IMG/VR virus record: IMGVR_UViG_3300025853_000057
Location: 1 to 64,000 of that record
Source of the DNA: a virus
Strand: one strand, 5' to 3'
Length of the DNA: 64,000 bases
Of the stretch, positions 38,995 to 49,900 are shown one piece after another; the first letter of the stretch is position 1; each line of letters begins with the position of its first letter. The translations under genes and the position numbers were made by a program. Below the pieces are notes generated by a model. It searched no databases. It saw only the letters and a program-made list of their open reading frames with translations, and had not been told where the DNA came from.

Positions 38995-39366
38995 TCAATA
39001 GTTAAACTCTACATGATAGTGAGGAACATTACCTTTTACTTCATGGTATAAGACTTCAGCACCATATTTAGCTTTCCAAGCTTTACCTTCAGGAGTTAAT
39101 AACCAGTCCCAAAATTTTAAACCTTCGTCATCATCTCTAATATCTATAGCTTTACCAGCTACATGAGGAGGATTTTTAGGTGCAGAAGATGAATCATCTT
39201 CATATAAGGCATCTTGCTCTTCTTGAGTTCTATAGCCACTGGTAACAGTAATACCAAAAGGTATTTCTTCTGTAGGTGACTTTAAATAGTCAGTTATAGA
39301 CTGCTGTACTTCAGCAGTTTTATATTTTACCTTCTGTCTCTTGCCTGAGGTCTCTGCTTTCCCACA
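38995..39366 (-). CDS. Peptidase M15-like (Zn peptidoglycan peptidase) domain, predicted to be expressed by -1 frameshift from the upstream cargo gene
   Basis: 123-codon open frame with no Met: ITVTSGYRTQEEQDALY...PPHVAGKAIDI...PHYHVEF; bounded upstream by TAG just before the GGGAAAG heptamer. Confidence 0.8.
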   Translation of the reverse strand, partial: CGKAETSGKRQKVKYKTAEVQQSITDYLKSPTEEIPFGITVTSGYRTQEEQDALYEDDSSSAPKNPPHVAGKAIDIRDDDEGLKFWDWLLTPEGKAWKAKYGAEVLYHEVKGNVPHYHVEFNY

Positions 39367-41900
39367 CTACTGGAGGAACCTCCTTGTCCTCCAGCTAATA
39401 AAGTTCCTAAATACCCTAGATAAGTTCTAGCATCATCAGCATTTTTAATATTTGTTGGGTCTAAGACTTTACCTTGAGCATTTCTAATACTACTTACCTC
39501 TATTACTTCACCATTAGGGGCAGTTACATTAACTTTAATAGTAGCTTGTGCAGTTCTAGTAAAGTTGTATATATATCCTCTAGTATCTCTAATAGGAACA
39601 GAAATGCTTTCTGTATTTGTAGGGTCTAATGTAAACATAGTATCATAGGCAATATCTAAAGTGCCTAATTCACTTTCATTAAACATTAGATTTGTTCTTA
39701 ATAGATAAGATGCATCTCTTACTCTGGCATCATTATCTTTAGACATCTGTATAATAACTTCCCTAAAAGCAGGAGCTTCTGTATCTATTAAAGTTTCAAA
39801 TGTAGCTGTCTTACCATCTTCATCTGTTACAACAATAAGATTTGTAGCTTGTCCACTAGAGTTAGCATTTATATAAGCAGCAGTTACTTTTGGATTATCT
39901 CCAAGTCCTCTATCTGCAAATATTTTTTCTAATGAGTTGTTTCTTTCATCCTTACCATCTCCACCAGCAGCCTTTTGCAGGTCTACTAATAAAAGATTAG
40001 GGTCGTCATTATATTTTTCTTTTAAGTTACTTAAAAAATTACCTACAGCTCCTTTTTTACCAGAGCTACCAATGTTTATTTCTCTAATTCCTATCCTCTC
40101 ACGTTCAGATTCACTTTGAAGTTTTTCTACATTTTTCGTAAATTTAGATGTAAAACCTACAATATCTGCTAAAGGTTTAGTTAAGGTAAAGGTATTAGTA
40201 CCTGTATAATTGTACTGCTCAGTTACAAATCTCCAAGCTCCTTCCTTGCTATCATATTTTAAAATCCCTAAGTCTTTTAATTGAGATAAACCTTCACTAT
40301 TTTCTACTTGTAAGTTAGAGTATTTCTGATGTAGTAAGTTTCTAGTAGCAAAATCTCTATTCATTAGAGACCTTTTATCAAAACCAGTTTCTTTAGATAC
40401 TAACTCTAAACCACTAAAAGACTTTTTAATAATTTCATCACTTAAACCAGACTGTTTACCAGCTTCTGTAAATATAGTTTCAAGCCGTTCTGCTTTTTCT
40501 GAAGCTTGCTTAAAGGTACTATAATTTGTAAGAATACTATTTACAACATCTAAATCCCCTGTTCCTATATTTGGATTTTGTTTTAAGTCTACTATAGTCT
40601 GAAGCATTTCAGTTTGTAGAGATTCTACTTCATCTCTATTAAAACCAAATTGGGTCTGTAACCTACCGCCTTCTTTAAAATAGTCATAAGGATTAGCCAT
40701 CATTTCTACAAAAGTGTCGGGTAAATTGTAAGCTTGCTGTAATCTTGCAGCTAGTTCAGGATTACTATTTTTTACTTCTTCATACTTTTTAATTAACAAT
40801 TCATCAGCTCTTTCTTCAAAACTTCCTGTAAAAGCTTCTCTAAGTAAAGGAGCATATTCTGGGTTTGTCATAGCGTTACCTACTGCTGTGGATACATAAG
40901 TAAGAAGGTTAGAATAAGACTCTTGTTCAATTTCTTGAGCTACAGTAAGGTTTTTAGAAATATCAACATCCTGAGTAGAAGCTCCAGTACTTACCATCTC
41001 TAAAGAGTAGTTATCATCTTCATCACTTCCAGTACCTCTACTTCCACCTCCAGGTACATTAGTAGCTTTTCCAGGAATATCTTCTTCATTTCTATAGAAG
41101 CCTTTAGATGCTACACCTGTAACCAGATTTTTAATATCTTCAAAAGAGTTTAAACCTAAAAATTCTTTTATATAACGATACTGGTCTTTATCTCCTTGTA
41201 GTACTCTATTAGTATATTCATCAATTGCTTCTTGAGTAAAAGTATTATCTAAATTTAAGTTAGTTATTTTTTTCCCATCAGGTGTTAACCAGATTAATTT
41301 ACCTTTCTCATCGTAGCTATAACTACCTTCTCCATAGATTTTTTTTATAGAAGGTTTTAAGTAACTAAGTAATTCGGTTGAAACAGTTTCTTCTACTTTA
41401 TCTTCAATAGGAGTTTTAATATCTGCTTCAGAAATTTCAGAAGGGTCTTTCCATCCCCATTGACCTGTAACAGGGTCTTGCTTCATTAAGTCAGCAAAGT
41501 AAAGAGATGCTGCGTTAGGCTTTCCTAAGTAAGGAGCTACATTAGCTTCATATAATTTATAATGCTTTCTAATCCTATTAAGCTCAGGGTCAGTCATAAA
41601 TTCTCTATTCAAAGCTCCTAGCTGACCTGTAACTCTACCATAAGAGCCTTTATTTTTTTCAAGCTCTTCTTCTAAATTAGCTATAGAAGTGCTAAACTTA
41701 TCTCTATAAGCTTGAGCCATACCTGTTTCTTCATGCCAAGGAGCAGCCTCTATAGCAAACTCTGATGTTCCTAATTGAGTTCTAGCAGTATCTAAACCCT
41801 TCTGCTTAGTTTCCAGGTTTTGCTGCATGAACTCCAAAGGCATATCTATGAATTGAGATTCATAGGGAGTATCTACTGGTCGTATAAATCTAACTGCCAT
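39327..41900 (-). CDS. Virion cargo/ejection protein (857 aa; 968 aa with frameshift extension)
   Basis: RF..P..TPYESQFIDMPLE start; lies between cargo protein 1 and RNAP; Gly/Ser linker at the C-terminus. Confidence 0.65.
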   Translation of the reverse strand: MAVRFIRPVDTPYESQFIDMPLEFMQQNLETKQKGLDTARTQLGTSEFAIEAAPWHEETGMAQAYRDKFSTSIANLEEELEKNKGSYGRVTGQLGALNREFMTDPELNRIRKHYKLYEANVAPYLGKPNAASLYFADLMKQDPVTGQWGWKDPSEISEADIKTPIEDKVEETVSTELLSYLKPSIKKIYGEGSYSYDEKGKLIWLTPDGKKITNLNLDNTFTQEAIDEYTNRVLQGDKDQYRYIKEFLGLNSFEDIKNLVTGVASKGFYRNEEDIPGKATNVPGGGSRGTGSDEDDNYSLEMVSTGASTQDVDISKNLTVAQEIEQESYSNLLTYVSTAVGNAMTNPEYAPLLREAFTGSFEERADELLIKKYEEVKNSNPELAARLQQAYNLPDTFVEMMANPYDYFKEGGRLQTQFGFNRDEVESLQTEMLQTIVDLKQNPNIGTGDLDVVNSILTNYSTFKQASEKAERLETIFTEAGKQSGLSDEIIKKSFSGLELVSKETGFDKRSLMNRDFATRNLLHQKYSNLQVENSEGLSQLKDLGILKYDSKEGAWRFVTEQYNYTGTNTFTLTKPLADIVGFTSKFTKNVEKLQSESERERIGIREINIGSSGKKGAVGNFLSNLKEKYNDDPNLLLVDLQKAAGGDGKDERNNSLEKIFADRGLGDNPKVTAAYINANSSGQATNLIVVTDEDGKTATFETLIDTEAPAFREVIIQMSKDNDARVRDASYLLRTNLMFNESELGTLDIAYDTMFTLDPTNTESISVPIRDTRGYIYNFTRTAQATIKVNVTAPNGEVIEVSSIRNAQGKVLDPTNIKNADDARTYLGYLGTLLAGGQGGSSSSVGKQRPQARDRR
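39357..39363 (-). other. -1 ribosomal frameshift slippery heptamer G GGA AAG
   Basis: Read GTG GGA AAG in the cargo frame; same heptamer as lambda G/GT; links the 857-aa ORF to the M15 frame. Confidence 0.75.
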
Positions 41901-41904
41901 TTTA

Positions 41905-44900
41905 CTATTTTATTTCTGTGTAAGTACCATCAGGATTTTTCTTATATCTTCTACCATCATCTGTTTCAATAATATTCTCATAAGTAGCAAGTCCTGAAGG
42001 AGCTAATTTAGGAATTAATTGCCCATTTACCACATCATATCCTATTATGCTAAAATCACCTGTTTTCATGCTATTAACAATCATATCTTGCATTCGTTTA
42101 GCTCCCATGTCTTTAGAAAATCCTTGGACATTACTACCTATACCTTCTGCTCCTTTCATACCTAGCTGCCATCTGTTAGCTATAGATTGGTCTTTAAGTA
42201 AAGCATTCTTTTCAGCTTGTGCAGCAGCTAATTGAGCTTCTTGGTTAGCAATGCCAATGTTACTAGTATCTATACCATATCTAGTTTTAGCTAAAGCCTC
42301 TCCTAAGTTCATAGCCATACTAGGACTAGCTACTGCCATATTAGATAAATAAGAACCTTGTGTAGGTGCACCTCTTCTAAAGCCCTCTCTAGTATTAGCT
42401 AAAGCTTGGTTACCAGCAGCTTGTTGTAAAGCTACAGGAGTATAATCATACCTTTGAAGTTTAGGAGCAGCAGTATAAGTAGGGTCTGGAGCAAAAGCAG
42501 CAGCAGCTATATTACTTAGAGGCCCTACCATAGAACCTGCTGCACCAGCAATGTAAGTATCCATAGGAGATTTATAATCTTTAGGGCCTTTTAAAGTAGG
42601 CTTACGTTTTTGTGGTTTTTCAAAAGAAAGAGCTTTAAATTCTTCTAAAGAAGGGCCTTTAACAGTATAATCTAAAGAAGTAGGTATTTTTATAGGCTGC
42701 GAAGTAGGTATTTTTATAGGCTGCATTAATGAGCTAGATTGATTACTATTTTTACTAAAGTACTGGGGAGCAAAAGCTTTAACTTCATTTACTCTCTTAG
42801 TCCACTCAGGTAAATTAGTATTAGCTCCTGTTGTATTCCTATAACTTCTAATTTTTTCAGCAGCAAATGGGTCATTTAAAGCATCACCCATTGCCATAAC
42901 ATCAGCACCATATTTTCCCCAAGCTTCGTCTACTTTAGCAGGGTCTAATTTCCCTTGTGAATACATTTGAAGTTTTTGTTCAGGAGTTAACTTCCCGGCT
43001 GCTACCATCATAGATGCTCTAGGGTCTTCACTATTAAAAGCAAAATCAAAAGCCATAGCTTGTTGTGAATCAGGCATTTCATAAAGACCATATTTATTAA
43101 AATATTGATTTATACCAGCATTAATAGCTTGATTTCTACCTTCTTCAGTGTTAGCATATTGTGTGGCTCCAGGTTGTGTAAATCCATAATTAGAGTAACC
43201 TAATCTAGTTTCTCGGTCTAAAGTATTACCTACAATATCATATATTCTATCATAGTCATCAGGAGTTGATACTTTTTCTGTAGAATACATATTTTCAGGA
43301 ACTAAATTTCCTTGATTTTGCTGAGGAAACAACTTATCACCCATTTGTTTAATTACTCTGCCTCCATATCTCATCATACCAGGGGGTTGAGCTTGTGGAG
43401 GCATTTGCTGTTGCATAGCAGGTTGTTGTTGTCCTTGCATTTGTTGGGCTACCATTTCTACTATTTGAACAGCTTGCTGTTGTGGTACTCCCATTTCAAT
43501 TAACTTTCCTACAACTTGCTCAGGTGCTACATTTTGTTGCAGCATTTGTGCTACTTGCTGAATAATCTGCTGTGCAGCTTCTTCTTGACCTCCACCTTGT
43601 TGTGGCATTTGTTGTGGTTGCATCATGTCTCCTCCCATTTGGTAGTAACCTCCATCTTCTTTTGCAAAATTTCTAGCAAAGTTAGCTTTTTTTCTCATAG
43701 CTGGGGAGTACTTACCTTCAGGTGCATTTAAAATAGTACTAGCTGCTTCTTGTACACCCATACCCATTTTAGAAGCTTGGGCTTTAAAAGTACCTCTTTT
43801 AGAAGGGTCTATATGAATACCACCTTGAGCATACATCATAGGGCCACCATAGTTATACATAGCAGGTTCCATATCCATATAACCACCATCTTCCCAAGTA
43901 GCTCTAGCATAAGCTCTAAAGTATGGATTCTTAGCTAAGTTCTTTTTATGTCTAGCGTAGAAAGCTTTCTTACCATATTTAGATTTACCTCTTTCTCCTA
44001 GCTTAGGGTCACCAAAGTATTTCTTAGTTCCATCAGGACCAGTAACTACGTGAGTTTTTCCTTTTCTGTCATTAGACCTTCTAACAGTATAACCACCTTT
44101 TCCATACTCCATAGTATCATCATAATCCATATATCCACCTACTTCCATATTAGATTTAATTTTTGCCTGTACATATTCAGGCAAAGCTCTAAAGCCAGGA
44201 TTATCAAAACTACCACCTTCAGCATAGTAACCACCATAAGCTTTTTCAGCAGCTTTAATCTTACGTTCTTGCTCAAGCATTTGCTTAGTAGGTTTTTTAC
44301 CACTACCTCTATTAGCTCTGATGTTATCCCATAAGCCTCTTCTAGAATAAGAGCCATCAGCTCTTTTAATCATTTGACCACCTCTTGCCATTTTTTCTTC
44401 TACAAAAGGTGCTTGTGTTTGTATAGGCTGGTCTACTAACATTTGTTGAGAACCATCAGCACCTGTAACCATTATAGGGTCATTATTATTTGTAGGAACT
44501 ACTTGTGTAGGTCCACTGCCAGGAAAAGCAATACTATTAGCATCAGGATACATATTATATCCAGCTTGTTGTTCTTCAGGTGAAGCTGCTACAACATTCT
44601 TTTGCTCTTCTAATTGCCTGTCTATATTATGGGCTTTAATAAGCTTCTTCATCTCACTATCTATGAAATTTAAGGTAAGCTTATCATTAGGACGAAGTTT
44701 ATCTCCTCCCTGTTTTTTAATAGCTTTACTTATGTCTGCATAAGATTTACCAGCATACTTTTCAGAAATACCTGCTTCTCTTAAAGCTGTTTTAGAGGCT
44801 TTAATTTTTTCAGACATTACATAGTTTTCTGGAGTGTAAATAGTTTCAGGACCTTCTACTTCTACATCTGGGCCTTGACCATTATTAGGTAAAGTAACAC

Positions 44901-46980
44901 CACCTTCTGCATGTGAAGGGCCTCCTATTTCTGTTAAACCTAAGTTTTGATTTAACATTTGCCCTCCTTGTTGATATCTAAATCTGCCTCCTCTAGAAGC
45001 CATAAATGTTTTCATATCTTTAAAATTACCCATTAATCCTGGAATTTGTTGTATAGCTTGTCCAACAGCATCTCCTTCAGGGCTTCCTGAGAAACCTGAA
45101 ACTGCTTTACCTGCTCCTTTTACAGATTGAGTTACTGCTTGCTCAGGGGATGCTATACCTAAAGCTGCACCACCTATAGCACCTACTGCATTACCTACAC
45201 CTGCATAACCTTGTTGTTGTTGTGCAGCTTCTCCTGTAGTTCCTGCTGCTCCTTGTAGAGCTTTAAAGCCCATATCTGTAAGCTCATCAGTAGCTCCCTT
45301 TGTAGCAGCATCTAATAAACCTTCACCTACACCATATAAACCTGCCATAACATCTTCAAACACAGAAGGCTCATCTACAGCACCTCTTCTCATTCTATCT
45401 CTGTTTAAGAATGAAGCACTAGTAGGTGTAGTTAAAGAACCACCCCTTTCTTTTTTATTTTTTCCTTTAAGATAGTTTGATTTTACCGCATATTCAGGAG
45501 TTGTTCCATATTTATTATAAAAATCTCTATCTGTATATATTATTTCTTTACCATCTTCAATTACTGACCACCTAGTTCCATCTTTTGTCCCTATCATTGT
45601 GGGTGTTGGAACAGTAAATTGTTGTGGTTCATAATCACTAGAAGTAGGTTTTTGATTAGTAGAACTTTGATAAGTTTCCCAAGCAGCTTGTGAGTTAGGA
45701 CCCCATATACCATCTATTTTACCTGTATATAATCCAGCTTCTTTTAATAGTTCTTGTTTTTTAGCATTTTCATATTCTTTAGTACTTTTTATAATTACTT
45801 TTTGTGCTGGTTTTTTAAAGAAAGGGTATGTTGCTCTATTTCCTTTATTTTCATAAGACTCCCATGTTGGGTTATTTGTATTTGATTGTGGATACTCTAC
45901 ATTTATATGTCTTAAATGTCCAGATTTATTAACAGCATCAATAACTGCATTTTTATAAATAAGACTTTTATTATGCAAATCTAAACTATCTGCATAAGCT
46001 TGATACCTTTCCATTCCTGCTGGGTCATTAGGGTCTACATACATAGTAGGTCTGCCACCTCTTTGAAGTTTTATTCTACCACCTAATTCTTTAAAACTAT
46101 CATATCCTTCTTGTATAGATTTATCTTTAGCTTTTTGTACACTAGTTCTAAAGCTTTTCCTATTTCCTGGAACTTCTACATTTTTATGGCCTTGTAACCA
46201 TAAATCTTCTAATGATAGCCTACCCTCAGCATAATCTTTAAGTACTGCTCTTGACTGAGATAGATTTATTAAAAATAAAACATATTGCTGTCTTGGAGAA
46301 AGTTCAGTTGCAGATTTAGCTTTTAGTATCTCAGGGTCAGGTTTAAGCTTTAATTTATTAGCTACTATTTTATATCTATTTTGAGCAGTCTCTAAAGAAT
46401 CGTTTTCAAACTGAAATATACCTCTTCCTGGACCACCTCCATGTTGTAGTTGTCCAGGGTCCATTGTACCAGCAGATTCATGGTAACCAATAGTATCAGC
46501 CGTTCTTCCCCAGAAATCTCTAGTACCACCTCTAGTATCTACTAAAAAATCTAATGAGTTTTCTAAATCTAAAACGTCAGATTTTTTCTTTTCTTCATAT
46601 TGAGCTTTTTGTAATTCACCACCTGTTTGTTTTTTATCTACATATTGTAATTGGTTATCTCCAAAGTAACCTTCAACATTTGGAACTACATCAAAACGTC
46701 TATTGTTTTCTGGATTTAGTGCATAACCTTGCATGTACTCCATCCAAGCTGTAGGGTGTTGTTTAGATTTTAACCACATACCATTAGTACTATCTACTGA
46801 TGGCCAATGACCTGTTTCATCTGGGGTATAACCTAACTCTAATGCTTTCTGCATGTTGTAAGTACCACCACCCTGCATAACAACAGGATTAAGACCTAGA
46901 GCTTTCCTAAAAGACATCTCTCCAGGATAATCAGATTCCTTTTTCCTTCTAACAGGTTTTTTAATTCTTTTCTTAGCCAT
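41905..46980 (-). CDS. Multi-module virion cargo protein with lysozyme-like, PG-binding and GH108-like domains and xxGG-delimited modules
   Basis: IGYHESAG...GRGIFQFE; LKEAGLYTGKIDGIWGPNS (PG_binding_1-like); GPSHAEGGV..VEVEG.E; NYGFT...FDFAFNS; Gly/Ala-rich segments; follows the muzzle gene. Confidence 0.65.
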   Translation of the reverse strand: MAKKRIKKPVRRKKESDYPGEMSFRKALGLNPVVMQGGGTYNMQKALELGYTPDETGHWPSVDSTNGMWLKSKQHPTAWMEYMQGYALNPENNRRFDVVPNVEGYFGDNQLQYVDKKQTGGELQKAQYEEKKKSDVLDLENSLDFLVDTRGGTRDFWGRTADTIGYHESAGTMDPGQLQHGGGPGRGIFQFENDSLETAQNRYKIVANKLKLKPDPEILKAKSATELSPRQQYVLFLINLSQSRAVLKDYAEGRLSLEDLWLQGHKNVEVPGNRKSFRTSVQKAKDKSIQEGYDSFKELGGRIKLQRGGRPTMYVDPNDPAGMERYQAYADSLDLHNKSLIYKNAVIDAVNKSGHLRHINVEYPQSNTNNPTWESYENKGNRATYPFFKKPAQKVIIKSTKEYENAKKQELLKEAGLYTGKIDGIWGPNSQAAWETYQSSTNQKPTSSDYEPQQFTVPTPTMIGTKDGTRWSVIEDGKEIIYTDRDFYNKYGTTPEYAVKSNYLKGKNKKERGGSLTTPTSASFLNRDRMRRGAVDEPSVFEDVMAGLYGVGEGLLDAATKGATDELTDMGFKALQGAAGTTGEAAQQQQGYAGVGNAVGAIGGAALGIASPEQAVTQSVKGAGKAVSGFSGSPEGDAVGQAIQQIPGLMGNFKDMKTFMASRGGRFRYQQGGQMLNQNLGLTEIGGPSHAEGGVTLPNNGQGPDVEVEGPETIYTPENYVMSEKIKASKTALREAGISEKYAGKSYADISKAIKKQGGDKLRPNDKLTLNFIDSEMKKLIKAHNIDRQLEEQKNVVAASPEEQQAGYNMYPDANSIAFPGSGPTQVVPTNNNDPIMVTGADGSQQMLVDQPIQTQAPFVEEKMARGGQMIKRADGSYSRRGLWDNIRANRGSGKKPTKQMLEQERKIKAAEKAYGGYYAEGGSFDNPGFRALPEYVQAKIKSNMEVGGYMDYDDTMEYGKGGYTVRRSNDRKGKTHVVTGPDGTKKYFGDPKLGERGKSKYGKKAFYARHKKNLAKNPYFRAYARATWEDGGYMDMEPAMYNYGGPMMYAQGGIHIDPSKRGTFKAQASKMGMGVQEAASTILNAPEGKYSPAMRKKANFARNFAKEDGGYYQMGGDMMQPQQMPQQGGGQEEAAQQIIQQVAQMLQQNVAPEQVVGKLIEMGVPQQQAVQIVEMVAQQMQGQQQPAMQQQMPPQAQPPGMMRYGGRVIKQMGDKLFPQQNQGNLVPENMYSTEKVSTPDDYDRIYDIVGNTLDRETRLGYSNYGFTQPGATQYANTEEGRNQAINAGINQYFNKYGLYEMPDSQQAMAFDFAFNSEDPRASMMVAAGKLTPEQKLQMYSQGKLDPAKVDEAWGKYGADVMAMGDALNDPFAAEKIRSYRNTTGANTNLPEWTKRVNEVKAFAPQYFSKNSNQSSSLMQPIKIPTSQPIKIPTSLDYTVKGPSLEEFKALSFEKPQKRKPTLKGPKDYKSPMDTYIAGAAGSMVGPLSNIAAAAFAPDPTYTAAPKLQRYDYTPVALQQAAGNQALANTREGFRRGAPTQGSYLSNMAVASPSMAMNLGEALAKTRYGIDTSNIGIANQEAQLAAAQAEKNALLKDQSIANRWQLGMKGAEGIGSNVQGFSKDMGAKRMQDMIVNSMKTGDFSIIGYDVVNGQLIPKLAPSGLATYENIIETDDGRRYKKNPDGTYTEIK
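42677..42724 (-). repeat. Perfect 24-nt tandem duplication (QPIKIPTS x2)
   Basis: gaagtaggtatttttataggctgc x2 on + strand. Confidence 0.9.
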
Positions 46981-49900
46981 TAGAATACACTTAAAGTGAC
47001 ATTAGTATTAAAAGCATTTAACCTAAAGTTCCTGTTATTAGAATTGTTATAGAAGACTTTAATCTTAACATAAACATCCCTAAGATAAGGCTTTATAGGC
47101 AATGGACTATTGTAATCATTAATCATATTAATTCTCCAAGTTCTTTCTCTTCTTACTACATTTTGTTGTGGAGTAAGAAGGGTTAAGGAGTTTTGAGTAC
47201 TTTGGTAATCATTGTAAAGCAAGATTCCTGTTATAGTCTCTAAAGGAATATCTATACCATTATTATCAAATACCTCTGTCCAAAACTCTAATGTATCAAT
47301 ACGAAAAGTAGGAAGTTTAGTTGCATCTGGGAAGTTAACAATAAACTCAGCTTCAGATGTTGTAGGATTTTTACCATAAAATTTACCATAATCTCCTTCA
47401 TTATGTAAATAGACAGAATTGCTGGTATCAAAAGGATTAGCAGAAAGTAGTCTTTTACCAGTAGGAAGATATAGGTTAGGAGTAAAAGTATAAAAGGATT
47501 CAAAAGCTTGAAGCATCTCATTAAACCCTATGGTAAATTTGTAAGTAATAGCTTGCTTGTTTTGAAGAGCTGTTATAGTACCACTTACTACACTAACAGC
47601 TAAAGTAGTCTGGTTAATAGATTCTACCTTATATACATTGTTTCCTATATAGAATATATCACCTTTATTTAGAACTTGTATAGAAGATGGTGATACATTG
47701 GTCATAGTATATATAGTAGGGCTACCTGCACTTATGGAAAAAGTATCAAAGTTTATAGCTATCTTATTAAGAAAAGTCATGTAAGCCTTATTGTATACAC
47801 TATCATAAACTCCATGTATACCGTTATTAAGTAAAACTTTATCTGTATCTAATATATCTCCTTCTAATTTCTTTCTAAAGAAGGCAGAAAGTCCTTTAAC
47901 ATCAGATAAACTTTCTAACATAGGACCTGCTTTAGATTCACCAATACGAAAGAATCTTTTAATCCTAGAATCAAAGAAATACACAGCTCCAGGCCCTGTT
48001 ATTACAGAGTGTTGATGGAAGCAGCCATATTCTTTTGATAAGTAATCATATCTAGCTAGTATAGTACCTGTACCTACTTGAAAGATAGCTCCAGTAGCAG
48101 AATCAGGCAAAGCTGTTTGTTCTTGTGAACTTACTATAGATACTCCTCTGTCTTGCAGAGTAAAAAGTCTTTCTTTAAGATTGGTTATTTTATTTATAGG
48201 CCCATAATTACCTTCTAATGGAAGATAATTATTTACTAAGTATCTTCTCCAATTATCCTGTATTTCTCTATCAAATTTTTCTTCAGATACCCACACCCAA
48301 TTAGGATGTTCTTCATCTGTTAAAAAGTTAAAAGGTCTAGGAAAGTATTTCTTAATATTGTTTTCTTGAGAGTATGCTCTATTATATTCAGGAGCCTCAG
48401 CTAAGAATTTAGCAAATTCAGGCCCAGCAGCTCCAGCAGCAATGTTTTGTATAGTAGCTGTAGTGTCTGAAGTAAAAACTTGCTCATTATTCCATAAATC
48501 CCCATGTCTGTAGGCTATGTTAAACTCTGTTTCACAAGGGAAGCAGATAGCTAAAGCAGACATTCTTGTAGAAGCAGGGTCATAAATAGCTCCTAATCCA
48601 GAGGCAGATGCTATAGTTCCAGAAGAAGGATAGCTATAATCTTCTTTCCAATGGAAGAAAGTTAAAGTAGTATCGTAGTAGCTAGTGTAAATATCCCCAT
48701 TATACACTTTAATAGATTGTGTAGAGGCTACTATATCTATAGGAAAGAAGTCAGATGCTGCTATATATTCATTGTTATATCTAGAAGCTCTCCAAGGCCC
48801 CCCATATTGTCCAGTATTATACCTACATAAAGCTACTATTCTAAAGTAGGGGTCTTTAGTAGTTTCATTATATAGAGGGTAATCTATATGACTATTATTA
48901 AAAGGAGTATCAGGTAATTGACAACTGCCTCCAAATCTACAGAATAAAGACTTAGTACCAAATGATGATAACTCAAAGTCGGCATTACTTTTAAAACACT
49001 CAATACCTATATGATGGTAATCTAAAGCTAACATAGTAGGAGAGAAGCTAGAAGGTATAATACCTTCAATATCTACTTCTTGTTGGTTTAGTAGGGTTAC
49101 TATATTTCTACCATTATCAAATACTGAAGTATATTTAACTAAGAAAGCTCCTGAAGCTTTAGTGTTATTATCTACATAATCTGCCCAATAGCATACTCCT
49201 TGATTAAAAAGCTCTCTACCAGTAGAATCATTTACCCCTGTATAATAAGTATCAGCATCAGCTCCAGGTGGAGGGCCAGGAACAGTAGGTAAATCTCTAG
49301 AAAAAGAATAAAGAGATAACAGCTTTATATGCGTAGCATCATTAGTTTGATACTCATTAAAATCTAGTTCAGGGAATTTTATAATTCCTAATGAGTTTTC
49401 CCTAGTTACTCTAGTAGCAGCAGTAGTATCTCCATGTTCTCCTGGAACACCATAAATATAACCAAGACCTGTTTCTCCTTCACTAAAATCATTGTTTATA
49501 AAATGAACTGGGGAGTTATGGTTTGAGTCAGCAAAAGAAGCTAAAGATAAACAATCAGCTTTATCTCCATTTATACGTACTCTACTTCTTAAGGCTCCAA
49601 ATAAAGCTCCAGTGCCTAGTCTAGTTTTATCTTTCTTTTGTCTTTCTACTCTTACTACTCTAAATCCTGTAATATCAGAAGGTAGATTAGTAAAAGTGAA
49701 TTCTATACCAATAGACTTAGTATTAATTCTTTTATCTCCTGCACCATCATCTAGGTATTCTGATAAGTCAAATGCATCTAAATCTCCAGCAGGAGCCTCC
49801 CAAGGTTCAGGTATTCTAATATCTGAAATCCATTTAATAAAGGATTCTTCTCCCTTGTCATTGTAAAATACTACACCATACCTATAAACTTCTCCTCTAG

